Positions 52,512-61,172 of a DNA stretch of 64,000 bases are shown in pieces. The notes beneath the pieces are model-generated. The model was not told where the DNA came from and did no database searches. It worked only from the letters and a program-made list of their open reading frames with translations. The stretch lies in assembly GCA_963765575.1 (NCBI GenBank), contig CAVXWZ010000001.1, forward strand, positions 352,001 to 416,000. The letters run 5' to 3'. The DNA is from an uncultured cyanobacterium. Its GTDB lineage: Bacteria; Cyanobacteriota; Cyanobacteriia; PCC-6307; Cyanobiaceae. A program made the translations under genes and the position numbers. The first letter of the stretch is position 1. Every line of letters starts with the position of its first letter.

Positions 52512-52882
52512 TTGGCCACCCGCGCCGTCTTCTCCTTCACCGGCTTTCCCGGCGTCCCGGAGCGCCACCTCTACCTCCACCACGACGGCTACCCCACCGG
52601 CGCCGCCTGGCGCTTTGCGGCGGCCCTGCGCGAAACCGCTGACGCCTCCAGCTTCCTCGCCGCCTTTCTGAGCACCCAGCACCAAGCGGAACCCTGGCCA
52701 GCCCAGATCAGGCCGCCGATGCCGAGTACCGCTACCGGGTGCAGCTGCTCCCCGGCACCGATCCCCAGCTTAAGGTGCAGTGCTGGCGTCGGATTCCGGG
52801 CGGCGACAGCTGGATTCCCCGCTGCGGGCCCATGCCGCTGGCGGCCTTCATCCAGCGCTTCCTGCCCGGTGATCCGCTTTGA
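52512..52882 (+). CDS. Hypothetical protein with YxHxDGYP motif, frameshift near 52695
   Basis: MATRAVFSF...LYLHHDGYPTGAA...DAEYRYRV. Confidence 0.55.
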
Positions 52883-53070
52883 CCCGGCCAAGCGCCTGCG
52901 AACCCTGGAGCAGCGTGGCCTGGATTTTCTCGATGCTGAGAGCGTCTTCGCCGGCCCCACGATCCAGGTCCCTGATCGAAGGCGAGACTATGGTGAAGTG
53001 AGAATTGTCTGTGTTGGATTGCGGCATCAGGCACATCATCTCCATGCGAAAGGCCAATGAGCGAGAGCAA
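52869..53070 (+). pseudogene. BrnT toxin remnant (internal deletion/frameshift)
   Basis: FDPAKR..TLEQRGLDF.DA..VF...DYGEVR; HIISMRKANERE in another frame. Confidence 0.7.
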
Positions 53071-53263
53071 CGTCGTTTTCTCCCCCACCTCTCCTGAAGG
53101 TAAGATCCATTCTGATCTTCAGCGCGTGGATGCCCATGACATCCAACCCGAAGAGTATGAGGAGATCCCCGAAATCACGGAGGAAGATCTCACGCACGCC
53201 GTGATCAAGCGACCTGGTCAGCCTGATCAAGCTTTTCTGGAAGCACCAACCCAAGAATCTTGA
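53057..53263 (+). CDS. BrnA-like antitoxin N-terminal part, no obvious RHH domain
   Basis: SDLQRVDAH.IQPEEYEEIPEIT; directly follows the brnT remnant. Confidence 0.55.
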   Translation: MSESNVVFSPTSPEGKIHSDLQRVDAHDIQPEEYEEIPEITEEDLTHAVIKRPGQPDQAFLEAPTQES

Positions 53264-53274
53264 CCCATTGGCCC

Positions 53275-54228
53275 TCAGCGCCTCAGCGCTTCCCGGTGGG
53301 CACTTAGGAACATCTCCTGCTCCCGACTGAACGGCCGAATCAGGTTCGCCCCCTCGATTCCCCAGCAGCGCAAGGCCTCCCGGGCCGCCTCGTGTTGCCA
53401 GATCAGCTGTCCGCCCCAATCGAAGCTGATCCAGTGGCGATCAAACAGTTTGTCCACATGGGGGGAGAGCAGCAGGCCATTGGCGCCGCTCAGCCGTTCG
53501 CTGTTGTCGCAGGATCGCCAGGGCTTGATGTGGCTGGCCACCAGGAACTCCTGCCGCGCCAGCCCCGTGACCCGGCAGGCCGGCTCCAGCTCCGACACCC
53601 GATGGCGAAACAAGCCCTGCCCCAGCCGCGCTTTGGTGAGTGCATTGCGCTCGGTGCTGCTGGGCACCTCCCGCAGTCGCTGCATGTCATCGAGCAACGC
53701 GGCGGTGTACTCCCCCTCTTCCGCCAGCACCACCAGGTGCACTCGCACCGCCGGATCGGCGTGCTCCTCGATCAGCTGGAGCAACAGCAGCCCCAGACTT
53801 TCGCTCAGCCCGGCCAGGTACACCCCCTGGTTGCCCCGGCCTGTGCTGGTGCTGATCGGGCTGTGGCGCTCCGGCAGCAGCGGTTGCAGCAACGCAAAGA
53901 ACGTCTGCGGCACCAGCGCCTTGCGCAGCGGCTGCCAGTTCACCCGCACCAGCCAGCCCTCCTGGCTCCAGTTCTCCCCTGCTGAGCCGAACTCCGGCGG
54001 CTTGGGTGCCGTGATCGCCGCCGTTTCCACCAGGCCGAGCTGGCTGATCCGCCCCTTGGCATAGCTGAACACCACATCCCCCCGCTGGCAGCGGCTGAGG
54101 TTGTCGTAGGTCACGTTGCGGGCGCCGTTGGCATTCGTCTTCGGCGACCAGATGTAGCCGCCGTCGGTCTCCTGCCGGTACGTCTGCTTGTGGTTCACCC
54201 ACCAGTAGGAGGGCACGGATTCAGACAA
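53275..54228 (-). CDS. HNH endonuclease with EVE/PUA-like N-terminal domain
   Basis: YWWVNHKQTY..E..GGYIWSPK...GDVVFSY; ARLGQGLFR...CRVTG...LVASHIKPW...NGLLL.PHVDKLFD. Confidence 0.85.
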   Translation of the reverse strand: MSESVPSYWWVNHKQTYRQETDGGYIWSPKTNANGARNVTYDNLSRCQRGDVVFSYAKGRISQLGLVETAAITAPKPPEFGSAGENWSQEGWLVRVNWQPLRKALVPQTFFALLQPLLPERHSPISTSTGRGNQGVYLAGLSESLGLLLLQLIEEHADPAVRVHLVVLAEEGEYTAALLDDMQRLREVPSSTERNALTKARLGQGLFRHRVSELEPACRVTGLARQEFLVASHIKPWRSCDNSERLSGANGLLLSPHVDKLFDRHWISFDWGGQLIWQHEAAREALRCWGIEGANLIRPFSREQEMFLSAHREALRR

Positions 54229-54295
54229 GGCTGGCCTCGTTGTAGCCGTGGTGGGGCGGTGTGTCCTCAGGCGGGCCGTCTCGATGGAATCACCA

Positions 54296-54617
54296 CCTCA
54301 CCCCGTTGCTCGCGGAATCCGTCCAGCCGCTGGCGGCACAGCTGCAGCAGCGCGTCGCGCTCGGTGTCGCTCAGCTCCTCCGCGCCGATCAGGCTGTAGA
54401 GCCCATCGCCATAGCGGGTGATGCCGTTGCCGGTGAGCACGCGGCCCACCATCCGTTTCCCCAGGATCCGCCGGGCGATGTCCTGCGCCGGGGCCGGGCT
54501 GCGGCGGCCCAGCAGTTCCATGAGCATCAGGGGTTGATCGATGGGGCTCATGCGCATCCGCTGGGCGATGGTGTGCCGGAGGCGCTCGTAGGTAGTGGAG
54601 GGGTTTGGGGGCATGGG
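54296..54617 (-). repeat. Array repeat A: 5' fragment of an HNH/HIT-type gene
   Basis: MPPNPSTTYERLR..IAQRMRMSPIDQPLMLMELLGRRSPAPAQDIARRILG...REQRGE; near-identical DNA at five other places. Confidence 0.9.
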
Positions 54618-54625
54618 AGACCCCA

Positions 54626-55020
54626 TCAGGGATCACGGTCAGAACCTGGCAGGATCAGTTCGTTCACACGACCAGCAGCGCTTTCACCTGTCGGTTGTAG
54701 TGCGTTCGATCCAGCCCCAGAGGGGTGGGATCAGCGTCATAGCGGAATTGCACGGCGTAAACGGTGAGCTGAGCCAGCGGCTCCAGATCTGCCGTGCTCT
54801 CACCGGCTGCGGCGAGAGCAGCAGCAGCCGACGCAGATCATGGGTGAGAGGCGCATCAACGTCCAGATGCAGCAGCCAGGCTTTCAAGCCTTCTCACGGC
54901 CTGCTGAAGCCAGAAGCCCCAGGCACCCTCCCGGAACACGGCGGGATCGCTGCTGGCCTCAGCCGTCTCCAGGTCGGCAGTGGCGATCTTCAGCACGCCT
55001 TCCGGCTCAGAGAGCACCAT
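54626..55020 (-). CDS. HEPN-domain protein, frameshifted
   Basis: MVLSEPEGVLKIATADLE...GFWLQQAV(EK).LKAWL...THDLRRL. Confidence 0.7.
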
Positions 55021-55354
55021 CGAGCAAGCGCCCCTCCCGATAGGCCCTGCCGATCACGTGACTGCGCCAGTGGCGGCGCTCCACGCACTCCCGCTGCGAA
55101 TAGAGCAGAAGATCGAGGGACACATCCGCCTGAGCCAGCTCGTCCCAGAGCTGGTTGAGCACCTCGAAGCGGTGGTGGCCCTCAAGCCAGGCATCCGGTG
55201 CGGTGATCAGCAGGTCGATGTCCGATTCCGGCCCCGCTGTGCCACGCGCCCGGGAGCCGAACAAGCGCACTTCGGCGCCTGGGATCCTTTGCCGGATCAC
55301 AGCCGCCATCCGCTGGAGGCGCTGCTCGATCGGTGGCGCGGCGGCGCTGGTCAT
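55007..55354 (-). CDS. Minimal nucleotidyltransferase (MNT) antitoxin
   Basis: LFGSRARG...SDIDLL...REGRLL. Confidence 0.88.
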   Translation of the reverse strand: MTSAAAPPIEQRLQRMAAVIRQRIPGAEVRLFGSRARGTAGPESDIDLLITAPDAWLEGHHRFEVLNQLWDELAQADVSLDLLLYSQRECVERRHWRSHVIGRAYREGRLLDGAL

Positions 55355-55389
55355 GCCGCCATTCTGGGCAGGGTCTTATCGGGCTGGTA

Positions 55390-55450
55390 GCGGGGGTGGG
55401 GAAACCGGGCTGGGCCGTCATGGGGGTGGCACTGGAGGAGGAGAAGAATT
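55390..55450. repeat. Array repeat G: diverged copy of the G-rich upstream motif only
   Basis: GGGGGTGGCACTG...GGAGAAG; 55420-55620 is also duplicated at 57374-57575. Confidence 0.7.
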
Positions 55451-55530
55451 GGCGTCATGACATGCCCTTCCCCGGACCCCGCCTCACTCCAGGAAGCGTA
55501 CCTACGATGGATTCCTTGCCTGGGGGTGTG

Positions 55531-55755
55531 ATGGCGTTTGCGCCCATGTCTGACCTTCTCCAACTCCCGCAGAGCGAGCGGCTGGCCCTGGCGATCGCCC
55601 TGTGGGACAGCCTCGATGACCAGGCCCGGGATGGGGCGTTGCCGGTCGACCCTGCCCTCTGCGCGGAGCTCGACCGGCGCTGGGCCACCCATCTCGACAA
55701 CCCGGACGAGGCTCTGGCCTGGGATGAGGTTCGGAGCCAGCTCGACCTCGGCTGA
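55531..55755 (+). CDS. Addiction-module antitoxin (TIGR02574-like), copy 1
   Basis: LLQLPQSERLALAIALWDSL...ELDRR...WDEVR. Confidence 0.85.
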   Translation: MAFAPMSDLLQLPQSERLALAIALWDSLDDQARDGALPVDPALCAELDRRWATHLDNPDEALAWDEVRSQLDLG

Positions 55756-55757
55756 CC

Positions 55758-56048
55758 ATGCGCCCAGTTCGCTTCCTGCCGGATGCGGTGCAGGATCTTC
55801 TGGCGACTCAGCGCTGGTATGGCATGCGGGAGCCTGCGTTGGCTCGTGACTTTGCTGAAGTCTGCGCTGCTGCGGTGGAGCGCATCCGCTGCGATCCCCG
55901 ATCCTTCCCCTTGGTTCACGGGCAGATCCGCAGGCTCGTCATGAAGCGTTTTCCCTATGCCGTCTACTTCCGGGAGCAGGGCGATGAAATCCTGGTGATC
56001 GCCCTTCACGGCCGCCAGGATCCCAAGCTTTGGCAGCAGCGCACCTGA
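55758..56048 (+). CDS. ParE/RelE-family toxin
   Basis: VRFLPDA..DL....WY...IRRLVMKRFPYAVYF...ALHGRQDP. Confidence 0.85.
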   Translation: MRPVRFLPDAVQDLLATQRWYGMREPALARDFAEVCAAAVERIRCDPRSFPLVHGQIRRLVMKRFPYAVYFREQGDEILVIALHGRQDPKLWQQRT

Positions 56049-56163
56049 AACGTCCGTTGGACAGACCCCATTCATGGGCCTGATGTGGAAACGTTCCTAC
56101 GTTGATTCGCCTGGAGACAGCTGAGTGGGGTTCCCGATGGCTGGGCAACTGCCTGGCGGCCCG

Positions 56164-56578
56164 TCACTCGCAGCGGCCCCGTGCCCTTGTGAGCACCCGG
56201 TACTTCACCGAACCGCTGATCGGGCTGCGGTGGCGGGAGCGATGGGCAAACACCTCCTCACCCCGTTGCTCGCGGAACCCGTCCAGCCGCTGGCGGCACA
56301 GCTGCAGCAGCGCGTCGCGCTCGCTGTCGCTCAGCTCCTCCGCGCCGATCAGGCTGGTAGAGCCCATCGCCATAGCGGGTGATGCCGTTGCCGGTGAGCA
56401 CGCGGCCCACCATCCGTTTCCCAGGATCCGCCGGGCGATGTCCTGCGCCGGGGCCTGGGCTGCGGCCGGCCCAGCAGTTCCAGGAGCATCAGCGGTTGGT
56501 CGATGTGGCTCATGCGCATCCGCTTGGCGATGTACTGCCGGAGGCGCTTGTAGGTGGGGGAGGGGTGCGGGGGCATGG
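56164..56578 (-). repeat. Array repeat B: longest 5' fragment, reaching the start of an HNH zinc finger
   Basis: MPPHPSPTYKRLRQYIAKRMRMSHIDQPLML...EEVFAHRSRHRSPISGSVKYRVLTRARGRCE*. Confidence 0.9.
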
Positions 56579-56787
56579 AGCGATGGTGGCGGCTGCCGGG
56601 CGCCTGGGCCAGGTTTGGTTTCGGGCGGCCCGTCAGGCGAACCCCCTGCTGGGATCCCTTCTGGTGCGGGCGTCGTGGCGGCTGCAGCCAACCCGGCTCC
56701 AGCTGTGGCTGTGCCGCCCCATCCCTCTGCCCAGACAGAGACAGCATCCCTGCCCCCACTGCCAGACTGGTGCCGCTGGAGGGCGTC

Positions 56788-57180
56788 ATGCAGGAAATCC
56801 TTTTCGTGGTCGAGGAAGCGGAGGATGGCTCCTTCCGGGCCAGCGCAGCTGCCGCCGCGATCCACACCGAGGCCGACACCCTTGAGGAGCTCCACCGGGA
56901 GATCCGCGACGCCGTCGTCTGCCACTGTCGATCCCGGCAAGGCGTTGCCGACTCCGTGATCTCGCACATCCATCCGATGAGGCAGATGAACTGTCATGGC
57001 CCTGTGGATTTCACGGACGTCAACGGCCAGTCTTGGCCGACTATTGTCAGGAGCTAGTGGTGACTCGCAGACATCCAGTCACATGCGGTTGACCCAGATA
57101 TCGCACGAAGTCGCATTCAGATTCCGCCGACAGCCTCTGAGGCGTTGTCACCTTGCGGCAATCATTAAGGATTGAGCCGG
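56788..57180 (+). pseudogene. HicB-like (DUF1902-type) gene plus degenerate HicA-like remnant
   Basis: MQEILFVVEEAEDGSFRA...IHTEADTLEELHREIRDAVVCH; downstream fragments DVNG and SSHMRLT. Confidence 0.6.
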
Positions 57181-57289
57181 CCAGTGGGCTGTCGCTCGGA
57201 GCTGCAGCCTGGTACTTTGAGGCCCCCGGGCGGCTAATCCCCTATGGCCGCTCCAGAGTCATGCGGATTTGATGATGGGGCTTCCATGC

Positions 57290-57400
57290 CGCATGCGCCG
57301 GCGATCTGCCGGAGGCGCTCGTAAGTGGGGGAGGGGTGCGGGGGGCATGGGGGCATCCTGGCTGGGGTGTGACGGGGGTGGCACTGACCAGGGAGAAGCT
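57290..57400 (-). repeat. Array repeat C
   Basis: TGCCGGAGGCGCTCGTAAGTGGGGGAGGGGTGCGGGGGGCATGGGGGCATCCTGGCTGGGGTGTGACGGGGGTGGCACTGA. Confidence 0.9.
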
Positions 57401-57481
57401 TTGGCGTCCTGTCATGCCCTTCCCCGGACCCTGCTCCACGCCAGGAAGCGTGCCTGCGATGGATTCCTTGCCTGGGGTGTG

Positions 57482-57575
57482 ATGGCGTTTGCGCCGATGT
57501 CCGACCCGCTCCAACTCCACCAGAGCGAGCGGCTGGCCCTGGCGATCGCCCTGGGGGGGACAGCCTCGATGACCA
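57482..57575 (+). pseudogene. Addiction-module antitoxin copy 2, truncated
   Basis: MAFAPMSDPLQLHQSERLALAIAL; identity to copy 1 ends at CCTCGATGACCA. Confidence 0.8.
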
Positions 57576-57645
57576 TGCCCCCGGTATCCAGGATGGTGGA
57601 AATGCCTTGGCCTGGTGCCAGAATGAATGTCGCGTCGATGTCCTG

Positions 57646-57822
57646 ATGCCCAAGACCGACCCAGAGCTTCAGCGGCTGCGTCAGCAGGCCAGTTCACTGT
57701 CGCTGGGTTCGCGCATCATCCGTGCGGTGGCCAGTTCCACGGCCATCGAAACGGGTCAGTCGGTTGCTGAAATCGAACGTGAACTCAGGAATCGACAATC
57801 CTCCCAGTCAACACCTGCCTGA
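57646..57822 (+). CDS. Putative Fic antitoxin (58 aa)
   Basis: RAVASSTAIETGQS resembles the (S/T)xxxE(G/N) inhibitory helix; adjacent to a Fic gene. Confidence 0.6.
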   Translation: MPKTDPELQRLRQQASSLSLGSRIIRAVASSTAIETGQSVAEIERELRNRQSSQSTPA

Positions 57823-58415
57823 ACAGATCCTCCATTGGGGTGACATTCAGCACGGCCCCCGCCCGGATCGCGGCGAAGTACAGGTCCCGCTGACGATCCC
57901 ATTCTGAATAGTCGAGCGGACCAATCCCCGCTTGGCACGCCATCACATCAGCCAGCAGTCGGGCGATTCGACCATTGCCTTCGCGGAACGGATGGATGAG
58001 CACGAATTCAACATGCACCTCAGCAAGTCCCCTGATCAGTGCACCCATCGAGTCTGGGTTGAACGGAGTCAGCCGACACCAGATACTCCGATTCGAATGA
58101 CTTGAGCAGATCTGGCAAAAGATGAGCACTCGCGAAAGCAAAGCCTTGTTTGCTCAGATTGAACGTCCGAACCTTTCCTGCCCAGGAATAGACAGACCCC
58201 AGCCATTGCCGATGCCAGCCGATCAAATCTGAAATCCTCAGGCGGTTGGTTGGAGCCCCATTCCCGATGATCGTCTGATAGAGATCGAGAAGCAGGTCCC
58301 GCTCCACGCCCTCCATCACCGCCGGATCCTTGATGCCCAGGCGATTGCTCAGAACCAGATCATTCGATCCTGGCTCACACTCCGCGGCAGAGCCGACGAC
58401 CCTGTAGCGACTCAT
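57785..58415 (-). CDS. Fic-domain protein, frameshift near 58050
   Basis: HPFREGNGRIAR; N-terminal VLSNRLGIKD, WH..WLG.VY.WAG..R. Confidence 0.88.
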
Positions 58416-58471
58416 CGGTTCTCTCCCAGGATCTGCTGAAGCTCACTGGCCCCGCAGCGCTCACAGCGGCT

Positions 58472-58620
58472 GGCAGTTCCATGAGCATCAGCTCGATTGG
58501 TCTCATGCGCATCCGCTCGGCGATGGTCTGCCGGAGGCGCTCGTAGGTGGGGGAACGGGCCGGGGGCATGGGGGCATCCTGGCTGGGGTGTGACGGGGGT
58601 GGCACTGATGGAGGAGGAGC
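58472..58620 (-). repeat. Array repeat D
   Basis: MPPARSPTYERLRQTIAERMRMRPIELMLMEL plus the G-rich motif. Confidence 0.9.
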
Positions 58621-58705
58621 GATGGCCCCCCTTCCTCCATTGCCCCCACCCACCCGATGGGACCGACGCCATGGCCTCCCTGCTGATCCGGCCCAAGGGC
58701 ACGGA

Positions 58706-58722
58706 GGTAGACACTGTCTACC
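58706..58722. promoter_or_regulatory. Palindromic operator candidate for the DUF1778 antitoxin
   Basis: GGTAGAC-ACT-GTCTACC, perfect 7-bp arms, about 40 nt upstream of the start. Confidence 0.55.
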
Positions 58723-58759
58723 CATGAAGCTAGGCTGCAAGGAGGTTTGCGGCACGGCC

Positions 58760-59033
58760 GTGGCTGCCACTCCTCGCCTCAGCTGGAACCTGCGGGTCTC
58801 GCCCGACGATCAGGCCCTGATCGATCGCGCCGTCCGTGCCTCCGGGCTCACCCGAACCGACTTCGTTCTGCAGGCGGCCCGCACCGCCGCCCGTGAGCTG
58901 CTGGTCCAGCAGAGCTGGCAGTCCGTGTCGTCCGAACAGTTCGACCAGCTTCTCCGCCTGCTGGATGCTCCCCCAAGCCCCACGTGACCGCCTGCAACGC
59001 ACCATGACCGCGCCGAGGCCCTGGCAACGCTGA
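58760..59033 (+). CDS. DUF1778 (TacA/AtaR-type) antitoxin, frameshift near 58975
   Basis: NLRVSPDDQALIDRA....G.TRTDFVLQAA..AA...FDQLLRLLDAPP. Confidence 0.85.
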
Positions 59034-59533
59034 TGGAGCTGCTGGCGCCGCAGCCCCTGGCCAGCCACCACAGCACAGTGGGCTTCGACTGCGGCGACAC
59101 CAGCCTGGATCACTGGCTCCGGCAGCGTGCCCTGCCGAATCAGCAGAGCGGTGCGACACGCACGTTTGTGGTCTGCGATGGCGACGGCACCGTCAAGGCC
59201 TATGTGGCTCTGGCCTCCGGTGCCGTGGCGGTGGCCTCAGCACCCGGGAGCTTTCGTCGCAACATGCCCGATCCCATTCCGGTTGTGCTGCTGGCACGGC
59301 TGGCGGTCTGCCGCAGTGTGCAAGGTCGCGGCATCGCGCGTGCCCTGCTTGCCGATGCGTTCGAGCGGGTCCTTCAGGCCAGCGAACGGATCGGCGTTCG
59401 CGGCATCGTGGTCCACGCTGCTTCCGCGGACGCCCGCAACTTCTATCTGCACATGGGTTTCGATCCCTCACCCATCGATCCCGACACCCTCCTGATCCGT
59501 CTCTCGGATGTGGCGGCAACCCTGGGGTTGTGA
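59033..59533 (+). CDS. GNAT toxin (TacT/AtaT-type)
   Basis: FDCGDTSLDHWL...RRNMPDPIPVVLLARLAV...QGRGIA...FYLHMGF. Confidence 0.9.
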   Translation: MELLAPQPLASHHSTVGFDCGDTSLDHWLRQRALPNQQSGATRTFVVCDGDGTVKAYVALASGAVAVASAPGSFRRNMPDPIPVVLLARLAVCRSVQGRGIARALLADAFERVLQASERIGVRGIVVHAASADARNFYLHMGFDPSPIDPDTLLIRLSDVAATLGL

Positions 59534-59615
59534 GCGGCCCTGGATGGAGGCTTCGTAGCCGTAACCCCCTCGCCGCTGATCAGCGAGGTTCCGCTGTTCC
59601 TGTTCCGGGTGATGA

Positions 59616-59826
59616 CCTGCGCCGGGGCCGGGCTGGTTGTTGCCTGGCAGATCCGTGGCCCAGCAGTTCCATGAGCATCAGCGATTGATCGATGGGGCTC
59701 ATGCGCATCCGCTCTGCGATGGACTGCCGGAGGCGTTCGTAGGTGGGGGAGGGGTGTGGGGGCATGGGGGAATCCTGGCGGGGTGAGACGGGGGTGGAAC
59801 TGACAAAGGAGAAGCCTCGCTGCCGT
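59616..59826 (-). repeat. Array repeat E
   Basis: MPPHPSPTYERLRQSIAERMRMSPIDQSLMLMELLG plus the G-rich motif. Confidence 0.9.
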
Positions 59827-59918
59827 GGCGCTCACGCGCTCTCCTTCACCCCACAAGGGCCTGGCGCCCAGAGCCCATCAGCGGGTCAGCCCCGTGGGCA
59901 CGTAGCACGCGCGCTAAC

Positions 59919-60203
59919 ATGGAAGGGTCGTTTCGGCTTGAGTACTACAACGCTCGTGTTCGCGAGGACATCGAGGACTAGGCCTCCTGCGATCTCCTGA
60001 AAGCGCGATGCATCACTCTCGGCGGCGGCCTGTTCGAACTCAGGCCCAGAGGCCGTTCCGGCATCGGCCGGGCCTTCTACTGCTTCTGCGGTGGCCGGGT
60101 GATCACCGTGCTCCATGCCTTCGTGAAGAAGACCCAGAAAACAGCCAGGCGTGAGCTCCTCATCGCTCGCGAACGCCTCAGGAACGTCAAACGCTATGCC
60201 TGA
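59919..60203 (+). pseudogene. RelE/Gp49-like (HigB2-type) toxin with early stop/deletion
   Basis: LGGGLFELRPRGRSGIGRAFYCF...LHAFVKKTQKT; TAG near 59980. Confidence 0.75.
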
Positions 60204-60531
60204 CATCCCCTATCAACCGGTCATCCGCGATCGCGGTGCCGAACGCGCCCGGCTCGATCAGGTGCCGGGCTACAGCGAAGCGCGGCAGGAGGCCGCCGTG
60301 GAATTCCGTCTGCTCCGGCAGCTCCTGGAGGCACGCCAGCGGGCCGGTCTCACCCAGGAGGAGGTCGCCGTGCGGATGGGCACCACGCGCAGCGCCATCA
60401 GTCGGCTCGAGGGATCCCGCAAGCACATACCCGCACTGTCCACTCTCCGCCGCTACGCCGATGTGCTCGGCTGCGATGTGGAAATCCAGCTGGTGCCTCG
60501 AACCCCTGATGAAGCTTCACCGCCTTGGTGA
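60196..60531 (+). CDS. XRE-family HTH antitoxin
   Basis: ARQRAGLTQEEVAVRMGTTRSAISRLE...LSTLRRYA. Confidence 0.88.
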   Translation: MPDIPYQPVIRDRGAERARLDQVPGYSEARQEAAVEFRLLRQLLEARQRAGLTQEEVAVRMGTTRSAISRLEGSRKHIPALSTLRRYADVLGCDVEIQLVPRTPDEASPPW

Positions 60532-60549
60532 GCGGCGGTGGAGGGCATC

Positions 60550-60878
60550 GAGGCGCTGGCGGCACAGCTGCAGCAGCACGTCGCGCCCCTCGCCGTAGCG
60601 GGTGATGCCGTTGCCGGTGAGCACGCGGCCCACCATCCGTTTCCCAGGATCCGCCGGGCGATGTCCTGCGCCGGGGCCGGGCTGGCTCCTGCCCCAGCAG
60701 TTCCAACCGCTGCGCGGAAGCCTTCGGCTACAGCATCAGCGGTTGATCGATGGGGCTCATGCGCATGTGCTCGGCGATGTAGGCGCGGAGGCGCTCCGGG
60801 GGAGGGAGGCAGAAGCATCGGGGCATCCTGGCTGGGGTGTGACGGGGAGGGCACTTGTAGGCAGAAGCCTTGCTGCCG
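60550..60878 (-). repeat. Array repeat F, with an internal deletion and a short insertion
   Basis: Matches repeats A and B (GCTGGCGGCACAGCTGCAGCAG...CCAGGATCCGCCGGGCGATGTCCTGCGCCGGGGCC) plus the G-rich motif. Confidence 0.9.
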
Positions 60879-60953
60879 TCTCCTCGATCCATCCCATCGC
60901 GTCCTCCGTCGTGGAGCGTGCCTACCCTGTGTTCTCAGCCGTCCGCCGTGGCG

Positions 60954-61172
60954 ATGACACCCCTGTCTGACCTCCTTCAGCTGCCCCAGAGCGAGCGCCT
61001 GGCCCTGGCGATCGCCCTCTGGGACAGCGTGGATGACGAGGCCCGCGATGGGGCGCTGCCGCTCGATCCCGACCTCTGCGCTGAGCTGGATCGGAGCTGG
61101 ACGGCCCATCTCAGCAACCCTGACGCAGCTCTGGGCTGGGATGAGGTGCGCAGCCAGCTCGGCATCGAATGA
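60954..61172 (+). CDS. Addiction-module antitoxin copy 3
   Basis: LSDLLQLPQSERLALAIALWDSVDDEARDGALP, paralogous to 55531-55755. Confidence 0.85.
   Translation: MTPLSDLLQLPQSERLALAIALWDSVDDEARDGALPLDPDLCAELDRSWTAHLSNPDAALGWDEVRSQLGIE

Noticed and set aside
54296..60878. CRISPR array or classical integron interpretation of the repeats
   Set aside because: Repeats are 60-400 bp, variable and about 1 kb apart; no cas or intI gene; no convincing RYYYAAC...GTTRRRY pairs found by eye.
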